Shown here in pieces: positions 46,381 through 55,857 of a DNA stretch of 64,000 nucleotides (position 1 is its first letter; the number at the start of each line of letters is the position of its first letter). A model generated the notes under the pieces. The model made no database searches, had not been told where the DNA came from, and was given only the letters and a program-made list of their open reading frames with translations. This DNA comes from a virus (lineage: Duplodnaviria; Heunggongvirae; Uroviricota; Caudoviricetes). The position numbers and the translations under genes were made by a program. The stretch is from IMG/VR virus record IMGVR_UViG_3300042879_003909, positions 79,772 through 143,771 of that record; one strand, 5' to 3'.

Positions 46381-46729
46381 AGTATTCCTCTAGTAAAATA
46401 TTTTTTTCTTGAATTTGGTCCAGTGTATATAGTGACCCGTTCTGAATAGAGTCTGACATATACTTTATCGTTGTCAAGTAAGAAATCTCACATTTGTCGT
46501 GATCCAAAACCCTAAATCCGCATAGTATTTTTGGATAAAAATTAAAATCATATTTTATGTAAGATTCATGAATTTGTCTTAATATATCATATTCATTCTT
46601 TTCAAATTTATCTACCGTAATAGATGGTATCTCATTATCTTTTGTAAAGAATAAATATAAGTACTTTTGATCATTTGCTTTTCTATTTTTATCAATAGCA
46701 GCAACTAGGTAAGATATTTTTATTTGCAT
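46337..46729 (-). CDS. hypothetical protein
   Basis: ORF only. Confidence 0.3.
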   Translation of the reverse strand: MQIKISYLVAAIDKNRKANDQKYLYLFFTKDNEIPSITVDKFEKNEYDILRQIHESYIKYDFNFYPKILCGFRVLDHDKCEISYLTTIKYMSDSIQNGSLYTLDQIQEKNILLEEYYGELFFKFGQPSIR

Positions 46730-46760
46730 TTTAAATAGGGCCTATTTCTAGGCCCTCAAA

Positions 46761-47231
46761 TTATCGTGATAGATTCCAAGAGAGACCAACTAGGCATTGT
46801 TTCAGGCTATCTATTTCATCTTTTGATAAAATATGATCCTCGTCACCCATAATGCCCTCTAGAAGTTTTTTCATTTCATCCGATAAACCTGTATACTTAC
46901 CGGCCAAAGAATCTTTAAATTGTTCTTTGACAGAATTAGCGTATAAATCTACCAACTGCTGACTTGTTATATTAGCCCCAAGATATTTGTCTAACCTGCT
47001 GGCAAACTGATCATTCAGCAGAGATAAATATAATCTGTCGTTTTTATCGGTAATTAAAGATGATACCGCTTTGGTTTTTTCAATTATATCATCTGAAGGT
47101 TTTTCTTCAACCACGATTGCATTGTTTTGGCTATTTTTTATAACAGAGCTAAAATTGTTATATATTTTTTCACCAAATAATGCCAGAAATATAATTCCTA
47201 CACCAATAATAGCTCTATACTGCTGGTTCAT
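46761..47231 (-). CDS. membrane-anchored protein (N-terminal TM)
   Basis: Hydrophobic N-terminus AIIGVGIIFLALFG. Confidence 0.35.
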   Translation of the reverse strand: MNQQYRAIIGVGIIFLALFGEKIYNNFSSVIKNSQNNAIVVEEKPSDDIIEKTKAVSSLITDKNDRLYLSLLNDQFASRLDKYLGANITSQQLVDLYANSVKEQFKDSLAGKYTGLSDEMKKLLEGIMGDEDHILSKDEIDSLKQCLVGLSWNLSR

Positions 47232-47511
47232 CTGGTTTATCCTTTTTTACTAGAAGTGGAAAAATTTCCTCTAGTTTTTTTTCAGCTTCCGATAGATTAT
47301 TTTGTTTACATATATTTTTTAATTTTTCCCAACTAGAGACAATATCAGATAAGCTATCTTTTTTAGTACTATTGTCTAGTTCTATTACTTCATCAGAATT
47401 AGCCAAATTTTCTTTAACTGTATTTTGATTAAGCAATTTCTTAAAATCTATAAAATTGCTTGCGATAAATAAAGCCCCAAGAGCAATCGCTATGATTTGA
47501 ATCCAAGACAT
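47215..47511 (-). CDS. small membrane protein (holin or spanin candidate)
   Basis: N-terminal TM IQIIAIALGALFIASNFI followed by a charged tail. Confidence 0.35.
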   Translation of the reverse strand: MSWIQIIAIALGALFIASNFIDFKKLLNQNTVKENLANSDEVIELDNSTKKDSLSDIVSSWEKLKNICKQNNLSEAEKKLEEIFPLLVKKDKPDEPAV

Positions 47512-47687
47512 ATTTCACCTATTCTGTTTTACGTAAAGAGTCGCCAACGATCCAAGCGGATAGTGTTACCACTGCAAATTCTACTTGTTCTTGTGAAAGT
47601 TTGAATCCAAGCCCCTCATTTCCGATGGCTACAACCAATGCTGCAACAGCAGCCCAAAAACGTCTAGATTGCAATAATTGTTGTGTC

Positions 47688-48023
47688 TTAATCATTTGTC
47701 TTTACCTCTTTAAAAAGTTTATTAGCCTCGTCAGATGACACATTCCATCTAACAAGCTCTCTGTATAAGTCCGAAGGCTTAATATCCGTGCCCAAACAAG
47801 CTTTTCCAACGTGTCTTCTTAATATAATTTTTTCAAGCAAATTAGGTTTTTGAAGCGTAGCTACTCTTTCTTCGCTAGAATTTTTGCATTCATAGATTAA
47901 GCGAACTACATTTAAAATAAGTCCGGCAATCATAATCAGTGTTAACGGATCAAAAGAATATCCGTAGTTATTGGTTAGTTTAGCCGATATCTTATTAGCT
48001 ATAGAATTACTTTTATTTTGCAT
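47688..48023 (-). CDS. small membrane protein (holin candidate)
   Basis: TM segment LTLIMIAGLILNVV followed by a charged C-terminus. Confidence 0.35.
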   Translation of the reverse strand: MQNKSNSIANKISAKLTNNYGYSFDPLTLIMIAGLILNVVRLIYECKNSSEERVATLQKPNLLEKIILRRHVGKACLGTDIKPSDLYRELVRWNVSSDEANKLFKEVKTND

Positions 48024-48537
48024 TTTTTACTATCTCTTTAAAAGATTCCTTAGACATAAAACCCGTATATGTATATTGTTTATTATTTATCCATACTTCA
48101 AACCAAGGCGCTATTGTTTGTGATCCAACTTCTACTACGCTCCAGCCAGAAGCTTCTACCCAAGGTTTAATTTCATTTTTCCATCTTTGGCAAGGAGCAC
48201 AGCCGGGCAATGTATAAAAATTAATTATTCCGTTTTTTTGTTCGTCGGAATACATTGTTGTTAGCTTAGTACACTTGCAATTTTCCCCACATGGACACGG
48301 TGTTCTATGGCCGTCTCCATGAATAATATATTTATTACCCCCACATTCACAATCTTTTTTCTCGTCTGGTAACAAATTTTCTAAAACTTTTTTCTCTGCT
48401 GCGTCAATAGATAGGTTTATTTCTATTTTCTTTTTTTCAATATCTTCCGGCAAGGCGGCGCTTCTGGTTTTTGGTATAAAATTAATTACTGCCGCTAATG
48501 CCAAAATTGCAAATATTATTTTATCTTCATTTTTCAT
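48013..48537 (-). CDS. secreted Cys-rich thioredoxin-fold-like protein
   Basis: Signal-peptide-like IIFAILALAAVINFIP; Cys cluster DCECGG...PCPCGENCKC; CxxC PGCAPCQRW. Confidence 0.4.
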   Translation of the reverse strand: MKNEDKIIFAILALAAVINFIPKTRSAALPEDIEKKKIEINLSIDAAEKKVLENLLPDEKKDCECGGNKYIIHGDGHRTPCPCGENCKCTKLTTMYSDEQKNGIINFYTLPGCAPCQRWKNEIKPWVEASGWSVVEVGSQTIAPWFEVWINNKQYTYTGFMSKESFKEIVKNAK

Positions 48538-48538
48538 A

Positions 48539-49459
48539 TTATAATACCTCGTCTAAGGACCATTTGATCTTTTGTGCAGGAAAACCGTCTACGCTACTCA
48601 ATGCCCAAGTGCTTCCGACTTCTATGATATCCTCGGCAACTGATTGTCTCACCCAAAAAGAACCGTCTGGCTGATTAAATCTTTTCGGCCCACTGTTCCA
48701 AGGTCCCCAGCTATTTTGTATTAAAAATAATGTTTCATTGAAAATTTCTCTGGTATCGTCCATAGCTATCCAAGCCATTGCATGGGCCCAATTACCAGAC
48801 CTTTGTGCTATTCCATTTTTATCTCTTTTTTCAGAAAAGCCTAAATTACTGCATGCAAAAATACCATAGCCATTAAATAAGGCATCTCTTGCTTCATCTA
48901 TGCTCCTGATATTAGATGCGGTTTTTACCTGATTTTTCTTTGCTTCTTCTACTAGCGCTCTAGGTGTTCCGGATCGGCCCCAAGAAGCTGCCATTCTACC
49001 ATTATAAACCGAAAGATCATGAGATCCATATTTTTTTCTTAATAAGATGCCACCGTCTTGCGTTAAGAATCTGACCGCTCTTTCGCATGTCATTCCTTGG
49101 CCCGTGTGTCCACGAACGCCATAAATGCCCTCCGTGGCAGAACGAACTATAAAAGACTCTTTATCGCCATTGATAATTTCGGTCGATCTTGTGGTATCTA
49201 CGGCGTTTCTAGCGGCGTGACTTACACAATCCCCGGTGGTCTGTCTTTCATTAAATGCTTTTGGGTCAAATTTTAATAAATTTTTGAATAATAAAGCTGT
49301 TTTACCCTTGCCAGAGCCAGCTATGGACTGAGCCGCAAGTCCAAAGTAAGGATATTTAGACTCGGCCAATAATCTTTCTTGCCCCTCTTTATCACAAACA
49401 GAACCAATAAAACCATTTTTGTATGCGTTTAAAAGCTGAAGAGGGGTATTAAAGATCAT
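48539..49459 (-). CDS. papain-like cysteine peptidase (candidate endolysin or peptidase)
   Basis: Putative catalytic Cys in TTGDCVSHAARNA, His in NWAHAMAWIAM, and an NSWGPWN motif reminiscent of papain-family NSWG. Confidence 0.4.
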   Translation of the reverse strand: MIFNTPLQLLNAYKNGFIGSVCDKEGQERLLAESKYPYFGLAAQSIAGSGKGKTALLFKNLLKFDPKAFNERQTTGDCVSHAARNAVDTTRSTEIINGDKESFIVRSATEGIYGVRGHTGQGMTCERAVRFLTQDGGILLRKKYGSHDLSVYNGRMAASWGRSGTPRALVEEAKKNQVKTASNIRSIDEARDALFNGYGIFACSNLGFSEKRDKNGIAQRSGNWAHAMAWIAMDDTREIFNETLFLIQNSWGPWNSGPKRFNQPDGSFWVRQSVAEDIIEVGSTWALSSVDGFPAQKIKWSLDEVL

Positions 49460-49460
49460 A

Positions 49461-50507
49461 TTAGTCTCCTATTTTATCCAGTATGGATTTCGCGGTATTT
49501 TTCCACGTAAATTTTTGAGAGGTATTAATGCCGGAATCATTATTTAAAAATCCTGCTGACTGTTTAATCTTGTGAACTTCTTTCATGTGATGTATTACGG
49601 CTTCTTTTTGTTTTTCTGTGATCTTAGCCCATAAGCCTTGACCATGAAACCAAATGCCATCTTGAGCTAATTCTAAGCTATCTATTTCGATTAGCCTAGC
49701 ATTATTTTTATCACAAAATTCAGTATGGGCAGAATAATTTGTGGTTATAACTTGCTTTCCGCATGCTAGAACCTCTAATAATTCTAAATTCCAGCCTTCG
49801 GCCCTAGCTGGAAACACCCCGCAGTCAATTTGTCGCATTATATTATACACATTTTTTTGGGTGGCTTGTCTTGGTATAATCTTGATTTTATTTGATAAAT
49901 GCGAGCTTTTGCATAAATTAACCCAAGATTCTCCCCTATCCATAAGGAAAGGATTATCGCACATAAGCCACAATTCTACGTTATCTTTTTGTGTAAATGC
50001 CCTGTTAAAGCATTCTATCAGAATATCATGACCCTTACGTTTTTCCCATTTTCCGCAGTTAAAAAAGATAGTTTCTGGCCTAGATATATTATTTAATCCA
50101 TTAAATATAACATTATCTACGCCCAAAGGTATTACAGAGGTTGGCACACTAACATGCTGATGAACTATATCTTGAGCCCACTTACTAGTGGTAAAAATAT
50201 GGTCGCAATGATTTAAGCTGGCGACTTCTTGCTGGGTAAAATGGGTTAATTCAAAAATGGGAAATCCTACGCGCCTTCCTTTTGTTATCCAAGTTGTTAG
50301 TTCGTGCTGGTGCCATATTTTAATTTCTGTATCTTTACTATTAATTTTTTTATTTATCCAAAATAAACTTTTGATATCCTCTGACAAATCTTTATCTGGG
50401 GAGCTTATAGGATACAAGCATACATCTGTTAGTAAGCTAAGCTCTTTCGAGATATGGTATCCAGTATAGCCATACCCGGTAGTATTTATTGGGGCTTGAA
50501 TAATCAT
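49461..50507 (-). CDS. GT4-family glycosyltransferase
   Basis: VFPARAEGWNLELLEVLACGKQVITTNYSAHTEF (E-x7-E). Confidence 0.6.
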   Translation of the reverse strand: MIIQAPINTTGYGYTGYHISKELSLLTDVCLYPISSPDKDLSEDIKSLFWINKKINSKDTEIKIWHQHELTTWITKGRRVGFPIFELTHFTQQEVASLNHCDHIFTTSKWAQDIVHQHVSVPTSVIPLGVDNVIFNGLNNISRPETIFFNCGKWEKRKGHDILIECFNRAFTQKDNVELWLMCDNPFLMDRGESWVNLCKSSHLSNKIKIIPRQATQKNVYNIMRQIDCGVFPARAEGWNLELLEVLACGKQVITTNYSAHTEFCDKNNARLIEIDSLELAQDGIWFHGQGLWAKITEKQKEAVIHHMKEVHKIKQSAGFLNNDSGINTSQKFTWKNTAKSILDKIGD

Positions 50508-51319
50508 TTAACTTCCTCTTGTGCTTTTAAAAATTCTGGTATGTATTTTTTATCTTCTCCAAAAAAATGTACAGCCATGTCTATTTTAGTTTTTAGGACA
50601 TTTTCGCCATTTTGTTTAATTAAATCAAAACTAGCCGCGATTTCTATAGGTGGATGTACTATAATTTTTGTTATATTAACAAAAGAATCATAAATACATT
50701 CATCGCATATAAATTCATATCTTTGTTTACCGTATATTTCTTCATGTTTCAGTAATAATTCTTTGATATGATTATCATCCCTTATGTCCAATCTGTAATC
50801 TTTGCAAAAGTTTTCTAGGCTATTTCTTACTCCTTCTGTCATTTTGATTAGTCCTGCGTTTGTATCATAAAGATATAGATCATTTAAATTCATAATCTTT
50901 TGTAAAAAATCTGTTTTTCTTTTAACGTGAAAAAAAGATATCTCATTTTCTCTATTCAATAAGTTATGCATTATGTGACAATCATTTTTCATTAACTCAA
51001 ATATATTTTTTGATTTATCTAAAATTAAATCTAAATCTACCCACATAATTTCGTCATAATCTTTTGTAGTTAAAAAACCATAAACACTACATAAAGTCGC
51101 GGGGGCCCATATACATGGATAATAATGTCCATAAGATCTTATCTTGTTGTAAATAGTATTAAATGGGGTAGAGTTGTCGATTACTGATAGATCGCAATTA
51201 ATGTATTCACAATATCTATCTAAATTATTAAGAGATCTTATTTGCCATCTAGACAGTCCTTTAAAATATGGAGTATATCCATTTGAGAAACATCCAGTAA
51301 TTATAATTCTTTTTGTCAT
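50504..51319 (-). CDS. putative GT-A-like nucleotide-sugar transferase
   Basis: DxD-like MWVDLDLIL; only weakly supported. Confidence 0.3.
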   Translation of the reverse strand: MTKRIIITGCFSNGYTPYFKGLSRWQIRSLNNLDRYCEYINCDLSVIDNSTPFNTIYNKIRSYGHYYPCIWAPATLCSVYGFLTTKDYDEIMWVDLDLILDKSKNIFELMKNDCHIMHNLLNRENEISFFHVKRKTDFLQKIMNLNDLYLYDTNAGLIKMTEGVRNSLENFCKDYRLDIRDDNHIKELLLKHEEIYGKQRYEFICDECIYDSFVNITKIIVHPPIEIAASFDLIKQNGENVLKTKIDMAVHFFGEDKKYIPEFLKAQEEVK

Positions 51320-52248
51320 AATATATTCTTTAATTTAGTAATAAAATCATATACAAAGTATTCTCCTGTCAAAAAATACTTATCCATGTTTTTTATATAT
51401 TCATGTGCTTCTATTATTTTGTTTATATTTAATAAATCTTCCGGGCCATTGTAATATAGAGGATAATCATTCCCTAAATATTCAACGGTCGCATCGAGTT
51501 TATTGGTTAAAATAGGTGTGTTTCTTATCATTGGCTCTATTATACCATTATTAGCCGAAGTAGCCCAAAGGCAAGCATATACTAATGTTTTACTTAGATG
51601 TTCGTCATACTGATTATTTTCAAGTCGGCTAGGGGCATGTACCTCGTAATCTTTTCCGGTAAAACAGCTTAACCTATTCCATATCTTATTGTATTCCTCA
51701 ACAAAGCCCGGCAGACAATATGTTTCGTAATTAAGGTTATTATTTTTTATAAAGCTACATATATTGCTAAATTCTTCAAAGTTTCTTAACCAATATCCCA
51801 ATTGCGAAATAGATGGAGACTTTAAAAATTCAAAGGGGCTCCAAGTTTTGTGCACTTTTTCAGTTGGATGCTTTACAGAAAATGTCGGAATTTTAAGTCC
51901 CCATATTTTTAACAAATTATTTACATCTTTTAATAAAGAATTAGATAAGGTTATCAGACATAAACATTTTTCTAAAGATTTATAAAAGTTGGGCTGACTA
52001 AATAAAAAATGCAATGAATTTTTTTTATCAAACTCGGGCTTATCATGAACTGGCACATGAATAATTCCAATCCAAGGAAAATTATAATAAGAGTTATCCG
52101 TTTTCCTGCCCCATATAAACTTTCTTTCTACAAAATCATCTAAAAATATTCCATTATTAGAATGGAATGGTTTTAAACAATTTATAACATAGCTCCAGCC
52201 AGACCTGTGCATGCTAAAGCCTTCGCATTTAGATAAGTTTAGTCTCAT
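51316..52248 (-). CDS. hypothetical protein (possibly glycosyltransferase-related)
   Basis: ORF in the glycosyltransferase/methyltransferase island; no firm motif. Confidence 0.3.
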   Translation of the reverse strand: MRLNLSKCEGFSMHRSGWSYVINCLKPFHSNNGIFLDDFVERKFIWGRKTDNSYYNFPWIGIIHVPVHDKPEFDKKNSLHFLFSQPNFYKSLEKCLCLITLSNSLLKDVNNLLKIWGLKIPTFSVKHPTEKVHKTWSPFEFLKSPSISQLGYWLRNFEEFSNICSFIKNNNLNYETYCLPGFVEEYNKIWNRLSCFTGKDYEVHAPSRLENNQYDEHLSKTLVYACLWATSANNGIIEPMIRNTPILTNKLDATVEYLGNDYPLYYNGPEDLLNINKIIEAHEYIKNMDKYFLTGEYFVYDFITKLKNIL

Positions 52249-53054
52249 CCTATCTTTTCGCCTATAAAAGATTCATAACATCCAGCATCATATATCCATT
52301 TAAAAAAATTAATTCTTTTTTTGTAATCTTCGTCTTTAAATTTACAGCCAAACAAAAGCATGTCTGGATTATCGCTCCATTTTTCTTGATTAAAATAGCC
52401 CAAATCATAAAACCATTTTGAAAAAAATTTATCATCAAAGTCTGATAGCGGTATGTACTCAAATATATTTAATCTTCTAGACCAAATTAATTGATTATTT
52501 TTATTTATTAAAGATGGTGCCATTGCAGACATTGTTCTTGGCGTTAACACCGGCTTAAATCCACCATTAGAATTATAGTAATAACCATTAAAAATACAGC
52601 CATAAATTAGAGGCTGGTGAATTTCATCAGTTAGCTCCATTAATGAATTTTTATTCCATTCTCCCCCAATCTTTCTGGCATGATATATGCTAGCTAATTC
52701 ATTATTAAACTCACTACTTTTTGTATTGTTGTAAACACACGAATGATCGCCCAAAAACCCATAGGCCGACCTATATAAATTATTCAAAGACATAACTCTT
52801 GCTAAATAATCGTCTGGTATAAGATTGTTTTCGCATAAAAATCCTACCAATAAAGATTTGGTTGAAGATGGAACTTCATTTAAATCTAGTTTTTTAATGT
52901 TTATCTTTACCCCAAGCTCCTTAGCCTGATTTTCAAGAGATTCTGAGCATGGTCTATAGGCAATACCTCGGTCGTCTTTGCTTGATGTAGAAAAAATACC
53001 GGGCACTTTTGTTTCATTATTTATTATAAAAAAGTCTATCATACTAGCTTCCAA
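52245..53054 (-). CDS. hypothetical protein
   Basis: ORF only. Confidence 0.3.
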   Translation of the reverse strand: MEASMIDFFIINNETKVPGIFSTSSKDDRGIAYRPCSESLENQAKELGVKINIKKLDLNEVPSSTKSLLVGFLCENNLIPDDYLARVMSLNNLYRSAYGFLGDHSCVYNNTKSSEFNNELASIYHARKIGGEWNKNSLMELTDEIHQPLIYGCIFNGYYYNSNGGFKPVLTPRTMSAMAPSLINKNNQLIWSRRLNIFEYIPLSDFDDKFFSKWFYDLGYFNQEKWSDNPDMLLFGCKFKDEDYKKRINFFKWIYDAGCYESFIGEKIG

Positions 53055-53590
53055 GAGTTTCCATAGTTTTTAATGGTTAAATTTTTGTTTAAAGCAAATT
53101 CGTCTACGGCCTGCTTAACGCTTTCCCATCCGTAGTCGTGACCAGCAATAGTTCCGCTAACTTTAATCTTTGTAAACCAGATATTTAAGTCTTGCTTTAC
53201 AGATTCATAGTCGTGGGACGCATCGATATAAACAAAGTCTATTGTTTTATCTTCAAAAAATCCTGCCGAATGCTCTGATGGCTGTGGAATAATATAAAAA
53301 TAATTATGATATTCTTTTGTATTTTCTAGAAAAATTTTAAAAAGATTTTTTATGGTTGGATCGTCTTGATGCTCCCAAGAACCTTTAAAGTGATCAACGG
53401 CTACAAATTTTATTTTCTTATTATGTTTTTCAATAATCTCACACATCGCAACGGTACTTCGTCCTTTAAAACATCCAATTTCTACAAATATTGATGAATC
53501 ATTTGCAGAGGCCACTATTTCTTCATAAAGATTAACATCGTTATGGTCAAACCAGCCCTCGATTGATTCGTATTTCATATTGTCTCCCAT
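53039..53590 (-). CDS. class I SAM-dependent methyltransferase (Methyltransf_24 / sugar O-methyltransferase-like)
   Basis: SIFVEIGCFKGRST (motif I), FVYIDASHDYESV, and a divalent-cation-dependent O-methyltransferase-like layout. Confidence 0.55.
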   Translation of the reverse strand: MGDNMKYESIEGWFDHNDVNLYEEIVASANDSSIFVEIGCFKGRSTVAMCEIIEKHNKKIKFVAVDHFKGSWEHQDDPTIKNLFKIFLENTKEYHNYFYIIPQPSEHSAGFFEDKTIDFVYIDASHDYESVKQDLNIWFTKIKVSGTIAGHDYGWESVKQAVDEFALNKNLTIKNYGNSWKLV

Positions 53591-53660
53591 ATTTATAAAA
53601 ATTCCTCCATCATATTATATACAACGGAGGAATAAAATGTATAGCTATATATAAAAAATA

Positions 53661-54578
53661 CTAATCTTCTACTGGCGCATTAGATCGCCATTGCCTACAG
53701 CTCCAGTACCGCGCTTTCCATTTTGGCCCCGGGCTTGTATCACACTTATGCCTTGCTCTAAACGATTTTCTGCGTTCTGGATCATCTCTCTTAATAGATA
53801 AATTTTTATCGCCAAATCTTACAACTACAACGTTGCCGCTTTCATTCTTAGTGTATACGGCAAACTTCTTTGGGCCCTTCGGAGTACGGAATGGTTTATT
53901 TAAAGTTACTTTACGGCCCTGATATTCGGCTGAATAAGACTCTTCTGGGCTTTCTGTCTCATCTTCTTCATCGGTTTCTGGCTTGTAATATGAAACAAAG
54001 TCAAAGATATTTTGAATGTAGATTTCTGCCTTGGAAACCATATCAGTTGTCCATTCTTCAAGCTCTATATCCATCATTTCCATTTTTTGCACAACCATCA
54101 TTAGCTGATCGTGCATCTTTTTGATTTGCTCCTTGGCCATATCTGAACCAGACTGAGCCTTCTTCCAAGCCTCTGGGTCTGGACGATCTTTGTCGCCCGG
54201 CTTAGCTGGCTTGTACTTTTTGCCCATTCTTTCTTTTTTCTTACGAATATTTTCCCAAAGACTAGCGACTGATACTTCTTCGGTTTTTTCGCCAAAATCC
54301 TCATATTCACTATCTTCCGGAATATAAAGATTTGCTTCAGTAAGTTCTTCCTCAAACCCCAATTCAATATCTTCTAAATGTTTTTGGCAGCAATGGGCAA
54401 AGTCTGCTTTTTCTAAAAGGCTTTCTTCTGATCCTTCTGCTTTATCTTTATTTCTAAAAGTTGATAGACACATGGCCACTTTTTGCTCATTTGGACGATC
54501 TTCATTCGCCAAAAAGGTCATGCACCTGCTCATATACTCTGGTTCTTTTTCATTTTTTTTAGGGCTTGGTAATGGCAT
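53661..54578 (-). CDS. highly charged acidic protein with a basic Cys-containing C-terminal tail
   Basis: E/D/K-rich 305-aa ORF in a locally GC-elevated segment; C-terminal RRKSFRARHKCDTSPGPKWKARYWSCRQWR. Confidence 0.35.
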   Translation of the reverse strand: MPLPSPKKNEKEPEYMSRCMTFLANEDRPNEQKVAMCLSTFRNKDKAEGSEESLLEKADFAHCCQKHLEDIELGFEEELTEANLYIPEDSEYEDFGEKTEEVSVASLWENIRKKKERMGKKYKPAKPGDKDRPDPEAWKKAQSGSDMAKEQIKKMHDQLMMVVQKMEMMDIELEEWTTDMVSKAEIYIQNIFDFVSYYKPETDEEDETESPEESYSAEYQGRKVTLNKPFRTPKGPKKFAVYTKNESGNVVVVRFGDKNLSIKRDDPERRKSFRARHKCDTSPGPKWKARYWSCRQWRSNAPVED

Positions 54579-54747
54579 ATAAGTCTTCCTCTACATCTAA
54601 TTCTAAGGGTTTTGTTTGTATAAAATCACAATCAGGACATTTAAAAAGAAAAAGCCTACCATCTATAGTATCAAAAATATCATAGATTTTGCAATTGTTT
54701 TCTTCTTTATATTGTTTACACACTTCACAATAAAAACCATAACACAT
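54559..54747 (-). CDS. small zinc-ribbon protein
   Basis: CEVCKQ...CPDCDF (CxxC-x~30-CxxC). Confidence 0.35.
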   Translation of the reverse strand: MCYGFYCEVCKQYKEENNCKIYDIFDTIDGRLFLFKCPDCDFIQTKPLELDVEEDLYAITKP

Positions 54748-54748
54748 C

Positions 54749-55183
54749 CTATAGCTCCTTAATACAATCTATTAACATAGCGCCCGGGTCTGTATACTTA
54801 CTTCTTTTTGCGAGTTTGATGACTACCTTTTTAGCATCTTCTTTTTTATATTTAATTTTTACTAAACCATCTAAAACATCCTGCATAACTTTTTTATCAG
54901 TCAAGAATTGTACTGACTGCTTTTGGATCTTTTTAGCTTTTTTCTGTGGCTCTAAGACATTTTTTGTGACCCAAGTTCTGGCTGAGCTATTTCCTTGCAT
55001 TGCCTGCGAAATCGCTGTCTGCTTGATTGATTCGTAGATATCTTGTTCATAGTAAGTATTATCTTCGGCGGTAGAATATAAAGATCTAACTATTTCCATG
55101 AAAAAATGAATAAACAAAGGTAGTAACATAAGTAAAACTAATAATACTACAAAGTTGTTATCGTAAGTGTTAGTGTGTTCCAT
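54749..55183 (-). CDS. membrane-anchored hypothetical protein
   Basis: N-terminal TM FVVLLVLLMLLPLFIHFFM. Confidence 0.35.
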   Translation of the reverse strand: MEHTNTYDNNFVVLLVLLMLLPLFIHFFMEIVRSLYSTAEDNTYYEQDIYESIKQTAISQAMQGNSSARTWVTKNVLEPQKKAKKIQKQSVQFLTDKKVMQDVLDGLVKIKYKKEDAKKVVIKLAKRSKYTDPGAMLIDCIKEL

Positions 55184-55189
55184 ATTACC

Positions 55190-55225
55190 TCAAAAAATAA
55201 GGGGCGATTTCTCACCCCTTATTAT
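55190..55225 (-). terminator. rho-independent terminator
   Basis: 9-bp stem AATAAGGGG (55196-55204) / CCCCTTATT (55215-55223) with a 10-nt loop; the minus strand reads hairpin then TTTTTTG. Confidence 0.6.
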
Positions 55226-55244
55226 ACTATGTCAAGAAAGAAAG

Positions 55245-55613
55245 TCAAATCTTTTTTAGACGCCTGTTCTTAAAACTACAAGATATAGCATTTACAGATT
55301 CGTCTGTATTGGTAGGATCAATTTCAAATACGCTAAATAATGCTGAATTTGTCCTACGTTCAATAAGCCGGGCATATCTAGTCCAATCCTTAAATTTGTA
55401 TTTTACTACAACATCTTCATCAAAATCATCATCTAGCTCAATTTCGATAATCTCTCCGATAAGATGTTTTGGATTTTTGATTGGCTTTAAAGGATTCGTA
55501 ATTTTCTCCGCTTCTTTGCTTAAAAAGTAAGATTCTCTTTCTAATTTCCGATTCTGAATCCTCTTGGCCCGAATCTTTTTCATTTGGGCTTCTACTCTCT
55601 TGGCTCGCTCCAT
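55245..55613 (-). CDS. hypothetical basic protein
   Basis: ORF only. Confidence 0.3.
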   Translation of the reverse strand: MERAKRVEAQMKKIRAKRIQNRKLERESYFLSKEAEKITNPLKPIKNPKHLIGEIIEIELDDDFDEDVVVKYKFKDWTRYARLIERRTNSALFSVFEIDPTNTDESVNAISCSFKNRRLKKI

Positions 55614-55855
55614 TATGCCTTGATACTCCTGCGTTCTAGGGCTCGTCTAGCAAGCCTACGTGCATCCTCAACACCCTTGTCTCGCAACAATCCTCGTACC
55701 AATCCTCCGTGTGCAGTATTCTTATAGACGGCATAAAGCTGTCTACCACTAACTGCCCCGTTGGCAAATTGCCTAAGAAGATTTACCTGAGTATTGTTGC
55801 CAGTCAAATCGTTCCAGTTCATAACATATCCCCTTTCAAAGAAACAAAAAAACAC
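55613..55855 (-). CDS. hypothetical small protein (Arg-rich C-terminus)
   Basis: ORF only; locally GC-elevated. Confidence 0.3.
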   Translation of the reverse strand: MFFCFFERGYVMNWNDLTGNNTQVNLLRQFANGAVSGRQLYAVYKNTAHGGLVRGLLRDKGVEDARRLARRALERRSIKA

Positions 55856-55857
55856 AG

